From the NCBI GenBank assembly GCA_951406725.2, contig OX597815.1, positions 1,736,001 to 1,800,000 on the forward strand: DNA of 64,000 nt, written 5' to 3'. The number at the start of each line of letters is the position of its first letter. Position 1 is the stretch's first letter. The stretch comes from Octopus vulgaris (Eukaryota). Made by a program: the position numbers and the translations under genes. The notes under the pieces were generated by a model. It made no database searches. It had not been told where the DNA came from and worked only from the letters and a program-made list of their open reading frames with translations. Shown piece after piece: positions 1 to 14,690 of this stretch.

Positions 1-881
1 CTTTCCCCTGACATTCTAATCCCATGTCTGTGGTGCCACAACTGTGATCTCTCCCTGCAGAGAAGCAGTGGCTTGAACTCCCACCTTTGTTTCACTGAAG
101 AATCTTTCTTAAATTATGTTCAAAACACAAACTTAATAACATTTTCTCATTTAGACGGAAGGTCAATAATTCTGAGAGGAAGGGAGAGATTAGTTGTCTA
201 CACTGACCCCAGAACTTGACTGGTCCCTTCTTTTATCAACCTTGAAATGATAAAAAGTAAAATTGACTTCAGCTAGTTTTGAATTCAGATCAGAGAGTGA
301 CAGAAGAAATACTGTAAGGAATTTGTTCCAATGCTTTAACAGTTCTGTCAATCCACTGCCCTTAATAGCAGAATGGTGATATTAACTCTCTCTCCTCATT
401 ACACATATAATTATGCTAATTAAGATACTGGCTCACTACACTACATTAACACTAATCTTACCGTTCTATCCCTATAATCTCTCAACTGGCACAAGGCACC
501 CCCCCTCCTCCCAGTTGAGGCGTTTTGGGGCTTTTTTTGTCTTGCAAGGTACTAGGTGATCGCCTTGGTGATGGTGCCATGAAAAAGGCACCCAGTACAC
601 TGTGTAAAGTGGTTGGTGTGAGGAAGGGCATCGCAGCCATAGAAACCATGCCACAACAAACAACTGGAACTTGGTACAACTCCTGGCTTTGCAGCTCCAG
701 TTAACCTGTCCAACCCATGTTGAACAATGATGACGTTAATGATGATGATGATTGTTACAGCTATTGGGCAGTGACTGGACAAACCTAAGGGTTAAAAAAG
801 GTTTCTGCCATGACTGCCTTGTCTAGTCATAAGGGAACTAAGCATATCCTGGACTGCCTCACAGACTGTGTCATATTTTAA

Positions 882-1100
882 CCCTTTCGTTACTGTATTT
901 ATTTTGAGATGCTCTGTTTCTTTCAATTACTTTAAACATAACAAAGAATTTAGTAAAATAACTTAGTTATCATTAAGCTGGTGTTTGGTACATAAATTGT
1001 GACTAAGGTTTGGTGGAAGATTTTAATTCAAAACTTATGAAAACAAGACATTTGTACTACAGAGCCAGAGACAGTTTCAGCCAGGATGGTAACGAAAGGG
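882..1100. mobile_element. piggyBac-type MITE
   Basis: TIRs CCCTTTCGTTAC...GTAACGAAAGGG with TTAA on both sides (878-881, 1101-1104). Confidence 0.85.
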
Positions 1101-1176
1101 TTAAGAGAATAGGGAATAGTTTGAGGAAGATTTAACTGCTGTTTCTAACAAGTAGTGGCTCCCTCTCTTCACTATA

Positions 1177-1216
<40 letters not shown>

Positions 1217-4200
1217 TTGACTTGAGAGCAGAGTGAAAGAATGTGTGTTTCCAAATTTGGAATTAGTGATTATCTGAATGTGAAGACAGAGAAGGGAAGG
1301 AGGGAGGGAGGGGTGTGGGAATTGGCAGATGATTCTTTGAAAAGACTAAGTAAGAAACACTAAACCTGACTGTAGATAAAAGAAGTCTCTCTCTCTCTCT
1401 CTCTGTCCCGTCTGTGGTTTCTCTGTTCCAGAAACAGGAATGTTATTATAGAACCAACACAATGTCATTCATACATGGCAGAATTACTATGGAATATTGT
1501 GTGGCAGAATGAAGCTGTGTATTGTGTGGTTGAGGAGTTCTGTACACAGCTCAGATACCGGTTGTTGTTGTTGTTGTTGTTTAGCTCCAGCTTGGCCCTC
1601 ACTGGTCTAACACCATTCCAGTCCATCTTGTCTGGGTTTTTTTCCCTTCCACACAAACTGCATTTGAGGAAGATCTGGCTGCTATTTCTCGCAGCCAAAA
1701 TTATATACATACTGGAAATAGTAGCATCAGAGCCAAGCAGTGATTAGGGACAAATGAACTTTAGGTTAATTAAAATATACCGCCAGACTGCCTCCTGTGT
1801 CCAGTGGCATGTAAAAAGCACCATTTGAGCGTGTTTGATGACAGTGCCGCCCGACAGGCTCCTGTGCCGGTGGCACGTAAAAAGCACCCACTACACACTT
1901 GGAGTGGTTGGTGTTAGCAAGGGCATCCAGCTGTAGAAACCTTGCCAGAACAGATTGGAGCCTGGTGCAGCCTCCTAGCTTGCCAGTCCTCAGCCAAACT
2001 GTCCAACCCATACCAGCATGGAAAGCAGAAGTTAAACAATGATGATGATGATGATGTTTGTCATGTATTTTTTTAATTTCGAAAGGTAAATTCACGGCAG
2101 TTATACCATGGAGTAAAAACTCTCTCTTGGGATAAAAGGTGTAAAAACACTAATCTGTCCAGCACTTCCCTCTAGCGGATCCAGACCAGGTCGTCCACTA
2201 ACACAGTTAGGGTGCTCATGTGTGTGTGTGGTCTAAGGATTAAGTATGTCACACTCATAACTGTGAGCTTGTGGTTCCAATTCCCAGACCAAGAGTGCAT
2301 TGTGTTCTTGAGCAAGACACTTCATTTTTACCTTGCTCCAGTCCACTCGGCTGTAAACAAGGGTCACCCTGCAATGGATCAGCCTTCTGATTAGGGGGAA
2401 ATGTTGGCCTGCTCACTTGGCCAGCAGGGCGACATCATTCAAGAGCTAAAACAATGTGAAGCGCACTGTGACTAGTCATGTATAACAACAGCCAATGGTC
2501 TGGTCGATCATGTGATTACATTATATATATATATATAAAATCATCCTCATTGCTTAACGTCCAGCTTCCATGCTGGCATGAGTGGGACGGTTTCACAGGA
2601 GCCGGCCAGGCTGGAGCCTGCACCAGACTTCTGTGACTGTTTTGGCAGGATTTTTACAGCTGGATGCCCTTCCTAACATCAACCACTCAGCAGAGTGGAC
2701 TTTTACATGCTTTTATGTGGCACGAACACAGGTGAGAGGTTTGGTGATGCTGCAGCCGGTTTGGAGACTGTTTGCGTACCACTAGTTTTGTAATGGTTTT
2801 TATCTTATTTATATGTTTCCTATTTGGAAATGGATAATCAATATATTTTACTTTTGAAGTAGGAATTTATATTTTATTGCCCACAAGGGGCTAAACATAG
2901 AGGGGACAAACAAGGACAAAGGGATTTAGTCGATTACATTGACCCCAGTGCATAACTGGTACTTATTTAATTGACCCCGAAAGGATGAAAGGCAAAGTCG
3001 ACCTCGGCAGAATTTGAACTCAGGAATATATATTGATAAACATGTCACTTATAACTTACTTCTAAGTGTTATCATTATACATAAATCCTAACTCCAGCTA
3101 CATAAACACCATAGCGAGAAATATATACTCTGAAACGCTAACGGACATTTTATGCGTGCATGTATGTTGAAGATAAATAAATTTGTGTTCTTTGAACCGC
3201 TATAAAAAAAATATACAGTTTCATAATTGCAGAAGTAAATTTCATTAACAAGTTGAAGAACGTGAAGAAGGAGAAAATAATTACTACATTAATTAATTTA
3301 TGTTCATTTAGCATTTATAGCACAAATTGGAAAGTAAAGTCATTTTGTTGTAGAGAATTACGACTTAAAATTCACACCAGCTAATCCTTCATACTAACTA
3401 CTGGAGTTCACAACAATTCCTAAAAGTTTTGTTGGATTTTTATCAGAGACATGGCATAAAAAATAGCCAATATCTCAAGGAGTGTCGTGGAGTTTAGTAA
3501 CATCCTACGAACACTGAGTAATTTCCCCCAAAATGGATGCTACAACAACAACAACAAGAGGAACTCACAAACTCTTGTAAAATCTTCACAGAATACAATC
3601 TACAGAATGACCAGGAATGAACTAATATTAGATGATGATGATGATGATGATCCCATCACTGCACTAAACCTATTCTGCTATGTCACTCTGCACAATTGCA
3701 ATACATCCATTAACTGCACACACACACAACTCTGGTGTATGTAGGTTGTACATAAAACTGCATCTGGTTCAATACAAGTAAAAAACCTGCTGTTCAGACA
3801 TGTGATTGAACTGTGAGTATTCAATCAGTCGGGGGGGGGGGGAAGGATCAATGATGGAACTTGGCAACACAAACATAAACAAAACACAAAAATGTAGAGC
3901 AAAAATAAAAACAAAAAAAAACAAAACAAAAAACCATTCTAAGTGATGTCCTGGTGGAGCCAGGTGTAGTTTCCTGGTCTTTGCTGACATTTTTTCATTG
4001 AAAAACTGTGGAAGGTTGCCAAGATCACAATAGATAGAGAGAGAAAGAGAGAGGGAGAGAGGGAGGGGGGAGAGAGAACATGCATGTGTATTGTATAGTT
4101 CCAGTTATTGATTAACTTTGGTTCCCAGAAGTGTTACATTGGAATGATTTATGGCAAGTCTTTGGAATCGTTCACCTCAAAGCTGAACAAATTGGCTGAC

Positions 4201-7200
4201 AGCCATCAAAACTAGCAGTTGCTAATGGTAACAACAACAGCAATAATGTCAATGATAATAATAATAATAATAATAATAATCCTTTCTACTAAAGGTACAA
4301 GGATTGAAAGTTGTGGGGAGGGGGACTAGTTGATTACATTGACCCCGGTATGCAACTGGTACTTAATTTATTGACTCCTGAATGTGAAGATGGACAAAAA
4401 TGCCGCTAAGGATTTTGCCAATTTGCTGCATTAATAATAATAATGATGGTTTCAAGTTTTGGCACAAGGCCAGCAAGTTATGGGAAGGGGATAAATCGAT
4501 TACATTAACCCCAGTGTTTCACTGGTCCTTATTTTATTGACCCCAAAAGGATTAGAGGTAAAGCTGACCTTGGTGGAATTTGAACACAGAATGTAAAGAT
4601 AGGTGAAATGCCTGGCAGCATTTTACCTGACTCACTAACAATTCTGCCACTCACAGCCTTAATAACAACAACAACAACAATAATAATAATAATGATTTCA
4701 AATTTTTGCCACAAGGGCAGCTTAGGGGAGGAGATTAAGTTGATTACGTCAACCCCAATGCGTAACTGGTACTAATTTTATCGACCCCCGTCAGGATGAA
4801 AGGCGAAGTCGTCCTTGGCGGAATTTGAACTCAGAATGTAGCGGTAGACGACATACAGGTAAGCATTTCGCCCGGCGTGCCAACGATTCTGCCAGCTCAC
4901 CACCTTAATAAGGATGATGATGATGATGATAATAATGATAACTAGCAGGACCTGTGGAAATTCCACAGTTATTTTGAAAATTGCATGATGAAATTGTATA
5001 TTTTTCTGAAAGATCTGATTTTTGAGATGTGAAAATCCACATAGGTAATCAATCAATCAGTCTGCTTGCCTACCTACCTACCTACCTTATTTATTTACCT
5101 GTCTTTCTCTCTATCAATCGAAAAATTGTTGAAAAAATGTCCATGCCACGATAAAAAGTTCATAGAAAATGCCAAGTTTTGCAGTTCTTTTATTGGGGAG
5201 GGGAGAGGGAAGAGCTAGAAAAAGAAACCATTTTTTTGTGTTTGTGTGGTAATAAAAATATGAGCGAGTGTACCCAACCGGCCAAGGTACTCTTCTGCCA
5301 CTTTCGGTAACCCTTCCAGTGTGAAATGCCCTGTTGCTGGATAATGCAGTGTTGTGTTTTGTGTGTGGCAGAAGAGGAATCGGAAGCGTTGTGGTCGGTG
5401 AACAGACTTGACAAAAGCCAGCTGAAGTCCACCTACCACTGACAGCCTCTTGTCTTCCTTCAATGTTCAAAGCCATTTACCTTTTACCAAACACATTCTA
5501 CAGGCTGGAGTATCCACCCGGCAAGCGACGCTTAACTGTATTGTTGTGTACAAATACACGAGTCCAGGTAGTGACATTGGGTTGAACAAAAGTTAACCGA
5601 TTGCTGTCTTGTTATTAATGCTGGTAACTCTGTCATGTCACTTTGCATCCGATGAATACAGTTGGTGTTGCCATGTGGTTGCTGTGACTAAATATCATTT
5701 GACCAGACAGTGATTCTGCAGGGCAGTGACCTGAGTCTTGCTAAACAGGGCTACTTAAGCCTAGTAACACAATCAGCAGGGGTCGTGCTTTTAAGGCTGC
5801 TTCTGTCATTCTGTTAGACATGCGGTCATAAGCTGTAGTATGAATTCATTGTGTCCTTAGCAGGCTGGAGGGGTTGGCCAAAAGACTGGGTTCTCTCTGC
5901 TGACCTCTGTCCATTGTTAATGTCATAGTAATGCAGCAGCGGACATAGTTTTTAAAACATAAACAAAGTGATTGACGACTGCCAAATGATAGCAATGGTA
6001 GTTAGCAAAGCGGTTTACTAATGATAAAGCATTCTACCATGGGATTATGAACAAGGGGTGGGAGTAACGTCTGTAACAAACCAATGTCACCCCTAGTATA
6101 TTCTAGGCAATGCCCTCTCCCTCTCTCTTTTTACCACCTCTATTCAATTGTTTCATTAAAAATAAGTGATTGCAAAATTTTTGTTTGAAATATTTTGAAA
6201 ATATTTGTGAAAATCTTTACACTATATCGATATCATCATCATCGTTTACCATACGCTTTCCATGCTAGCATGGGTTGGATGGTTTGACCGGGGTCTGGGA
6301 AGCCAGGAGGTTGCACCAGGCTCCAGTCTGATCTGGCAGTGTTTCTATAGCTGGATGCCCTTCCTAATGCCAACCACTCCGTGAGTGTAGTGGGTGCTTT
6401 TTACGTGTCACCGGCACAGGTGCCAAGGGAAGCTGGCAGTGCCCACAATTGGTTGGTGCTTTTTACATGCCACCAGCACAGGGATCACAGTTACAATTTC
6501 CATTGATTTTATCAGAACAAAATTACTGACAAGTTTTTCCACCTCAAGTTTCATTCCATTCAACCACAAATGTTTCCGGTCGATTGAACAAGGAAAGCTT
6601 TGGCTTGTTGTCTCTATGTCTATATTGACTTTGTGTTTCTTGGTTGGTGATATATTGATTTCATTTAACATATTGATTACAATAATACATCCTGCGTTAT
6701 TTGTTTCCTCATTAGAAATGTTCAACTCAATGTGGGTCATCAGAAGAAAAAAAAAATAAGAAAGATACATGTGAGAGATACAGGAAAGGGAAAGAAGAAG
6801 GGCAAGTGAATTAGGGGAGAGCAGAGCAAAACAAATGAAACACAGAAAGGGGCAGAGAGAGAGTAAGGTTGTTCCGTTATGGCTACACATGAGGGTGGTT
6901 AGGGTATCCCAAGGAGAGAATGATTTACTTTGAAACAATACACTGAACCAGCTTTCACAGTTTGCGAATATTCAGGAGCCAATTGATAATCTTCATGAAA
7001 AAAAAGGGACAAATATATGTAGACAAATATCTCGTGCGAGAACAGTTGTGAAATTCAAAGAGTCAGAGCAGAGCAAAGAGAGAGGAGGACGAAGGAGAAA
7101 AGTGAAGATGCAGGACAAGAGATGGAAAAGAAAGACAAGAAAAAAAGCTTTCAAACTTGGAACAATTCTGTTGAAGGGTTAACCATGAAGACCAATTCCA

Positions 7201-7294
7201 ATAACTTTCTAGAACAAGCTGTCTTGTCCGTCCGTTACACTCATACAATGCAAAGAGTCTCTTCATGAGTGTTTGCTTATATATCAAAACTGAA

Positions 7295-7518
7295 CCCTTT
7301 CGTTACCGTATTTCTGTTGAGATGCTCTGTGTTTCTTTCAATTAATTTTAAATATAACAAAGAATTTAGTAAAATAACTTAGTTATTATCATTCAGCTAG
7401 TGTTAGGAACATAAATTGTGACAAAGGTTTGGTGGAAGATTTTAATTCAAAACTTATGAAAACAAAACATTTGTACTCAGAGCCAGAGGTGGTTTCAGCC
7501 AGGATGGTAATGAAAGAG
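7295..7518. mobile_element. piggyBac-type MITE, second copy of 882-1100
   Basis: Same TIRs and internal sequence; TTAA at the right end. Confidence 0.8.
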
Positions 7519-7875
7519 TTAAAGCTGGCCCTCTGAAATGAGATCTCCAGGTTGCTTTGAAGGGAAGGTAAAACTGGTAGAACTTCATTCTCTCCTCAAC
7601 CAAATATTCTTTGCTACTTCAATGTTGCTTCAGTTTCATTTAACAAAATGTGCTGGCTTTTGTTTCTCTGGGTTGCAAAGAAAACTGAGCCTCAGGCCTG
7701 ACTCCTACATCACACAAGTCTCACACAAACATGACAATTACTAGAAGAAAACCTCAGAGAGAAAGGTGCTTCTGGAAATTATAATTAACTGCCAAAATAG
7801 CATCCATTTGTTATGATTAACTGAGAAAGAAAATAACTGAAAAACAAGAATGCAAAACAAAAGAGTTTAACTTAC

Positions 7876-8136
7876 TTTTGGTAGTGATGTTGGCCTTTCT
7901 CCAGTGTATGGTAAGTCATCGGAATCGGACCCATAGGAGGTGGTCTCGTTTAACGAGACCAAAGGGCTTACTTTAGTTTTATGTATGGAGTTGTGGTTCT
8001 CAGGGGGCTTCAGCAAGATACTCACAGCCCGTAATCCATTGATAATGTGTGGAGGTAAGTTAGTTTCTGCCAACATGTCTGTGATTAATCCATGAGCTTC
8101 TCCGATCACAGTCACTTCGTAATTGGCAGTGGAACT
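7876..8136 (-). CDS. PDE3: Internal coding exon of a PDE3-family (cGMP-inhibited) cyclic nucleotide phosphodiesterase, N-terminal regulatory region
   Basis: Acceptor ttttccttgttgtttcag| and donor AAA|gtaagt; 261 bp, phase 0/0. Translation [45 protein letters not shown]...SDSDDLPYTGERPTSLPK matches the recalled PDE3A/B segment ([33 protein letters not shown]...SDSEE...AIPK). Catalytic exons would lie left of the window. Confidence 0.88.
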
Positions 8137-9051
8137 CTGAAACAACAAGGAAAAGAAAAAAAACGAAGGCATTAGACTGCAACATCTGATAGCGCTTTTT
8201 TTTTTTGTCTCATCCTATAATAAACATTCAAATTGTTGGTGAGAAGGAGAAGTGTGTGTGTGTGCACAGGTGAATGAAGGTTTGTATGCGTTAGGTGTGT
8301 TTATTTGAATTGAATCTTGGTTCAGAGTGACAGGTGAGAAAAATGAGAAACAAACGATAAAGAAACAACCAGAGCTGAGGTAAAAATATTAAGGATTTTG
8401 TCAGAGAATAAATAAAAGAAGCTGAAATGTTGAAGAACAGTTTTAGAAGCAGATTTATATTGTTGTTATTCCATGCATCTTGGAGAATGGCAGCGAAGGA
8501 ACATGTGGGGAGATCTGCAATAAATGGATGAGGAGGAGAGTGATTTGTATAGATTATATCTTCATGAAATGAAGATATGTAACAACAGAGAAAATTACAT
8601 CGTTTAATTGATGATTGCACCCTAAATTGCTTCTGTTGTGCTGAAGACAAAGGCAGAGGATCTGAGTCACAGCTATAAATCCAAAAATTTATGCTGACAC
8701 AATGTTATGAAGGTCACCCAAAATAGAGGTCAAATTCAAAGCAAACTGAAATAAAATTTGTCACACATGAACGCATAGAAAAAGAAAACAGAGAGAATTG
8801 AAACTCAGGACGACATCAGCAGACAATGAAAGAAGAAAAAACAAACAAATTCTGGGTCAAATTTAGTTTTCTGCTAAAAAAATTTTAGGAAAAAATTATT
8901 GAATTATGAGGAAAGCATTTCTAATTAAAACATAATTCACTGTTGAAATGCTTAAATACTCGTTTCTATATTTCTGGGAAGATTTCCATGTAAGACCGGT
9001 TCAACAACTTAATTCTAATTTTGAAGTAATTATATAATGTTTCTTCAGGGT

Positions 9052-9549
9052 CAGTGGTTCTCAACCGCTTTACCTCTGAACCCCTTTGATTACTGTTTTA
9101 CTCAGATGGACCCCCATAGCCGTTCAGTGTTTAAAAACTAGTTTTCTAGAAACTTCTTTCAAAATTCCTATTTTGCTCTTCACACACCAACTTGTGTCGG
9201 CTGAACTGCGTAAAACTGCCAGAGAAAGGAACTTCACTGTTTCTGGCGATAAATACATCAAAAGTAACATTTTTTCATGGGCTCTTAATATATTGTGAGT
9301 CCCAAATTACACTTCGATCGTTGTACAAAACTGTAGATGAACTGTTTACGAAGTATAATCACTTGTTTTCACGAATGTACTAAAGAGATTTGCTCTGATA
9401 TTCTCATTTAAATATGAATAGGTAAATACAGGCGGGTTTGGGCGGTTTGGTCACATTAACCAAAATTTTTTTCGGGCGGCTTTGGTAATGAAAGGGTTAA
9501 TCTTATATGGACCCTAAGGGGTTATATGGATCTAAATTGAGAACCATTG
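9052..9549. mobile_element. hAT-like MITE with a nested piggyBac-like end
   Basis: Termini CAGTGGTTCTCAA...TTGAGAACCATTG; internal ...gtaatgaaagggttaa at about 9485-9500; no clean TSD. Confidence 0.55.
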
Positions 9550-10574
9550 CTTGAGGCAAAGATCACATTTAAAATGACCAGTCTTGGAGAAAAGAGTGTA
9601 ACTAATAAGGAACCCCTTTTATTTTACAGTTGATGTTCCTGTCTTTCAAATCACAAATCACATTTCCAAAGATTTTATAGAATGACATTTCCTTCTAAAC
9701 TTAAATGAAGAAGAAGAAGAAGAAGAATGCTTATGTAATTTAGGTTCCCAAATTGTAGCAGAAGAACCGAAGTAATAATAAAATTCAGGCTCAGTAGAAA
9801 GTTGCATGCTTGGCTCCATTCCTATATAGAGGCCCCCCCCCCAAAAAAAAAACCATCACAGGACATCAGAGCAGAGGATAGGCCTGTGTGTGCGGGGGAC
9901 GTGAGCCTGGCGTGTGATAGTATTAATGGTTTACAGGAAACATATTTAGCATTTTATGCTTTATAAAATATACAATTGTTCTGGCAAATGACAGGATTAT
10001 ATAAAGGCTGAAACATTTTGTACTTCTGTTCATTCACCTCATCAGTATTAGCAAAAAACAAAACAAAAAACATATGTATATTTATATACATGTGTGGAGT
10101 ATATAGGTGTATAGAATGAGTTTTGTCAGCTGCCATAAAGTAGAAGATGTGTACTCTGAGTGTTCAGTTTGATTTAGCACTAAAACTCTGACTTGAACTG
10201 CAAATGGCAAGTGTGGCGTTGAGACTCCCAATTGAAGGCAGACACAAGTGGTTTCTGCTTGAGTGGTTGGAGGGGGGGGGATTAACACAGAAAATGAAAA
10301 AAGAAAAGAAGAAAAACTTCTGCCATCACTTGGAAAAAAAAAAAATTAAACTGATGGAGTCTCCTCTTGTGGCTGTTTCTAGAATAGACAAGCTTGTGGA
10401 TTGGGATATTGAGCAAGGATTCCATAAGCTAGGTATTCCATCATCGAGAGGGGGAGCGGTCAGAGAAATATAAAAATGAAGAAACAACCCCGATCAAGGA
10501 TATTGGTACTTTCCAGTTGAAAAATGAAGGAACGATTAGAGTGGAATGTATATGCATCACATAGTTGCATGCAT

Positions 10575-11289
<715 letters not shown>

Positions 11290-11429
11290 GGGTTGGTGCA
11301 TAATTAACAACTGTTTTATAATTTAATTTACAAAAGTTTTATTTAAAATTCAGAAAACAAAAGTCATTAAATATGCACCAACCCAATATATACACACACA
11401 TATATATAATGTATATGTATATATGTATG

Positions 11430-11484
<55 letters not shown>

Positions 11485-12138
11485 GTAATGTATATACAAG
11501 TGTATATATGTATATAATGTACATAAGTATGTATAAATAATATACATATCTATCTACCTCTAAATAAATATATGTGTATGTATATATATATATATAAACA
11601 CACACACATTAATTCCCTCAGGAGAGATCTTAGGCAATTATTTCTGCCCCGTTAATTCCTTTATATCCTATGTTGATATAAGTAACACTTTTGTTATCAT
11701 TTCTAGTTAAGAGAAGGGTTTAGTGGATTAAATTGATCTCAGTACTTGGCATTGACCCCTAGGTGAGATTTGAACTCAAAATGTTTTGTTTTTCTGCTGC
11801 TTTACTGATTCTACGAATTTAATAATTAAGTAAAATGGTTTTAGATAAAAAATCTTTAAAAAAAAAAAATTTCACAGACACAACGGAAGAGTCTTCGACA
11901 GAAAGAATAGCCAAATATCCTTCAAACTATACCTGACCGTTTTCAGAGAAGAAAGGTCACACCAGACAATGGAGTTCTTAATGTAGACAAAGATGGGGTG
12001 GTCATGGCTAGAATATTTTTAACCTCAGGTGACTGCTGCTGGACCATATCAACTTAACCCTCAAGGAAAGGATCTATATTAAGAGTTACAGAATTGGAAA
12101 TTTTCAGAAATGCACACAAATGACATCAAAGCACTCAC

Positions 12139-12156
12139 CTGTATACAGCTACCCAT
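12139..12156 (-). CDS. Candidate alternative first coding micro-exon of PDE3 (MGSCIQ)
   Basis: Strong Kozak gccATGg and consensus donor CAG|gtgagt; phase 0, in frame with the 8136 acceptor. Confidence 0.6.
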
Positions 12157-12675
12157 GGCCGTAGAATCTGCTCTCTCTCTCTCTCTCTCTCATACACAAA
12201 AAGTGGAATTCCTTAAGCAGAGTAACAGTTTAATGAGATATTGACTAATAATAACGAGTGTAATTGACTTGAGATATTAGCTGTGTTGAAGAGAAAAAGA
12301 GCCGATGGCACGTTTGGCATCAATGAAGCCGTTCTTGAGGCCTGGGAACAAAACAAGAGCTATTCTCTGTTTTGTTTGATTTCTGATATGAAAGCAAACA
12401 CATTAAGTTGTTTGCCCTTCACAGTGAAAGGAGATCTGCACTTGACTCTTCTTTAATCCATCCAGAGAAACCAGCAACTGGCAGGAAACACAGGCAACAA
12501 CTAAACAACCTGCTAAAGGTACCTTAAAATGTCATTGTTAAGGTATAACCCACCCCTCAACCCCCCCGACCCATTTCTCACAGGTACTTTATTTCCTGTA
12601 GGGAATATCAAAATTAAAACTATCATTACAAATAGTTAAATAACTCATGTGGCATTAAATAGTCTATATATATAT

Positions 12676-12930
12676 ATAATTATTAAAATTATAAATTAGG
12701 CTATCTACGAGATACCACCATGCTGAAAATAGCAGCCATGAACCTACTCTAAAACCACCTTAAGTTTTCATACAACAACAGTCGGTTCATGGCTGCTATT
12801 TTCAGCATGGTGGTATCTTGTAGAGACCCTAATTTATAATTTTAATAATTATTACCTTTGAAGTTATTTTTTCCATGCTGACCCCTTGATAGGTTCGTTA
12901 TTTTATTTTAAATTAACGATCTTATCCTTA
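12676..12930. mobile_element. Repeat with about 69-bp inverted arms (12676-12744 / 12784-12852); related copy at about 25750-25995
   Basis: gataccaccatgctgaaaatagcagccatgaacc and its reverse complement 40 bp later; flanked by (TA)n. Confidence 0.55.
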
Positions 12931-13489
12931 TATATATATACATACACAAATATATATAGGGATGGCATTATTAAAATACTGTCACGAGTGGCAAGCGAAT
13001 TATCAGCCGTACAGCCAAATTTATAAAATATATACATACAATATTAGATATGTATATATATATATATACACACAAGGGCACTACATGAGCACCTACATCG
13101 CTAAAAATAGATGTCAAAAATACTTCTGTGCCACCGAATAGTCACAAATCTGCTACAGACATGATAGGAAAGAATTTCAGTGAACAATAAAGTCTTACCT
13201 CTGCTAGGCAGTGAAATCATAATTGCTGTTGCGTTTAAATAGCCCCCCCCCCCCAAGTTAATCAATGTTATTGCATACAATGGCAACTCTTGTACAACCA
13301 CATTCGGTAATTAAGCATTTAATAATTGAAACCAACCCCAAAGCCTGGCCAGAATATTCTACCTGTTTCATGTTCAAACCAGCCAGATTCTGTCTGTCAC
13401 ACATACCCTACAATGTCAAGTTTTAAATAAACAATCACGTCATCAAAGTCTCAAAGCTACAGGATAATGCCAGATTAATTCAAAATGTG

Positions 13490-13915
13490 GAGTGTGCGAG
13501 ATCGTTGCCGGAGCAACAAGCTGGCCTCCGTGCTGGTGGCACGTTAAAAAGCACCATTCAAGCATGATCATTACCTGCGTCGCCTTACTAGCACTTGTAC
13601 TGGTGGCACGTGAACAAAACATTCGAGTGAGGTCATTGCCAGTGCCACTGGACTGGCTCCTCTGCAGGTGGCACATAAAAAGCACCTTTTCAGTGTGGCC
13701 ATTGCCAGTACCACCTAACTGGCCCTCGTGCCAGTGGCACGTAAAAGCACCCACTACACTCTTGGAGTGCTTGGTGTTAGGAAGGGCCTCCAGCCGTAGA
13801 AACTCTGCCAGAACAATATTGGAGCTTGGTGTGGCCGTCTGGTTCGCCAGCCCTCAGTCAAATCGTCCAACCCATGCCAGCATGGAAAGCGGATGTTAAA
13901 CGATGATGATGATGT
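13490..13915 (+). mobile_element. RTE LINE 3' UTR fragment
   Basis: Repeated ggtggcacgtaaaaagcacc units, ggaagggc(a/c)tccagc motif and (gat)n tail. Further + copies at about 570-755, 1780-2056, 19795-20235, 23895-24228 and 58905-59050. Confidence 0.8.
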
Positions 13916-14093
13916 GAAGCAATAAGCATTAGATTGGACAGAGTAATGCAAAGAAGGGGTAATTGCAGTGAAAATATATGTTGAGGGAAACTATTGATTA
14001 ATCTATTTAACGAGGGTCATTGGAGAGCAATAAAAAGAACAAGAGTTCTGGAATGAAATGATTGAATGACTTTGGTTTGGTTGTCTCTCCCAA

Positions 14094-14690
14094 ACCACCA
14101 CCACCACCACCACCACCACCACCACCACCACCACCAATACTATCACCGTCACTACAACATGGGCCACCACCACCACCACCACCACCACCAATACTATCAC
14201 CGTCACTACAACATGGGCCACCACCACCACCACCACCACCAATACTATCACCGTCACTACAACATGGGCCACCACCACCACCACCACCACCAATACTATC
14301 ACCGTCACTACAACATGGGCCACCACCACCACCACCACCACCAATACTATCACCGTCACTACAACATGGGCCACCACCACCACCACCAATACTATCACCG
14401 TCACTACAACATGGGCCACCACCACCACCACCACCACCAATACTATCACCGTCACTACAACATGGGCCACCACCACCACCACCACCACCAATACTATCAC
14501 CGTCACTACAACATGGGCCACCACCACCACCACCACCACCAATACTATCACCGTCACTACAACATGGGCCACCACCACCACCACCACCACCAATACTATC
14601 ACCGTCACTACAACATGGGCCACCACCACCACCACCACCACCAATACTATCACCGTCACTACAACATGGGCCACCACCACCACCACTACT
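14094..14690. repeat. Minisatellite, 11 units of (CCA)n-ATACTATCACCGTCACTACAACATGGG (about 51 bp)
   Basis: Identical non-CCA cores; only the CCA copy number varies. Confidence 0.95.

Noticed and set aside
5114-5476. 120-aa minus-strand ORF MALNIEGRQ... in unique sequence (also MDWNGVRPV... near 1560-1626)
   Set aside because: No recognisable homology, not the expected next PDE3 exon (RLRRSLP...STWTTTTSATG type), and only weak phase-2 donors.
13199-13220. ATG...AG|gtaaga mini-exon (MISLPSR)
   Set aside because: Phase 1, incompatible with the 8136 acceptor; it illustrates the chance background for such candidates.
13520-13755. Repeat-spacer pattern superficially like a CRISPR array (GGTGGCACGTAAAAAGCACC units)
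   Set aside because: Eukaryotic context with no cas genes; spacers are related to each other and recur in every copy because the array is the RTE LINE 3' UTR.
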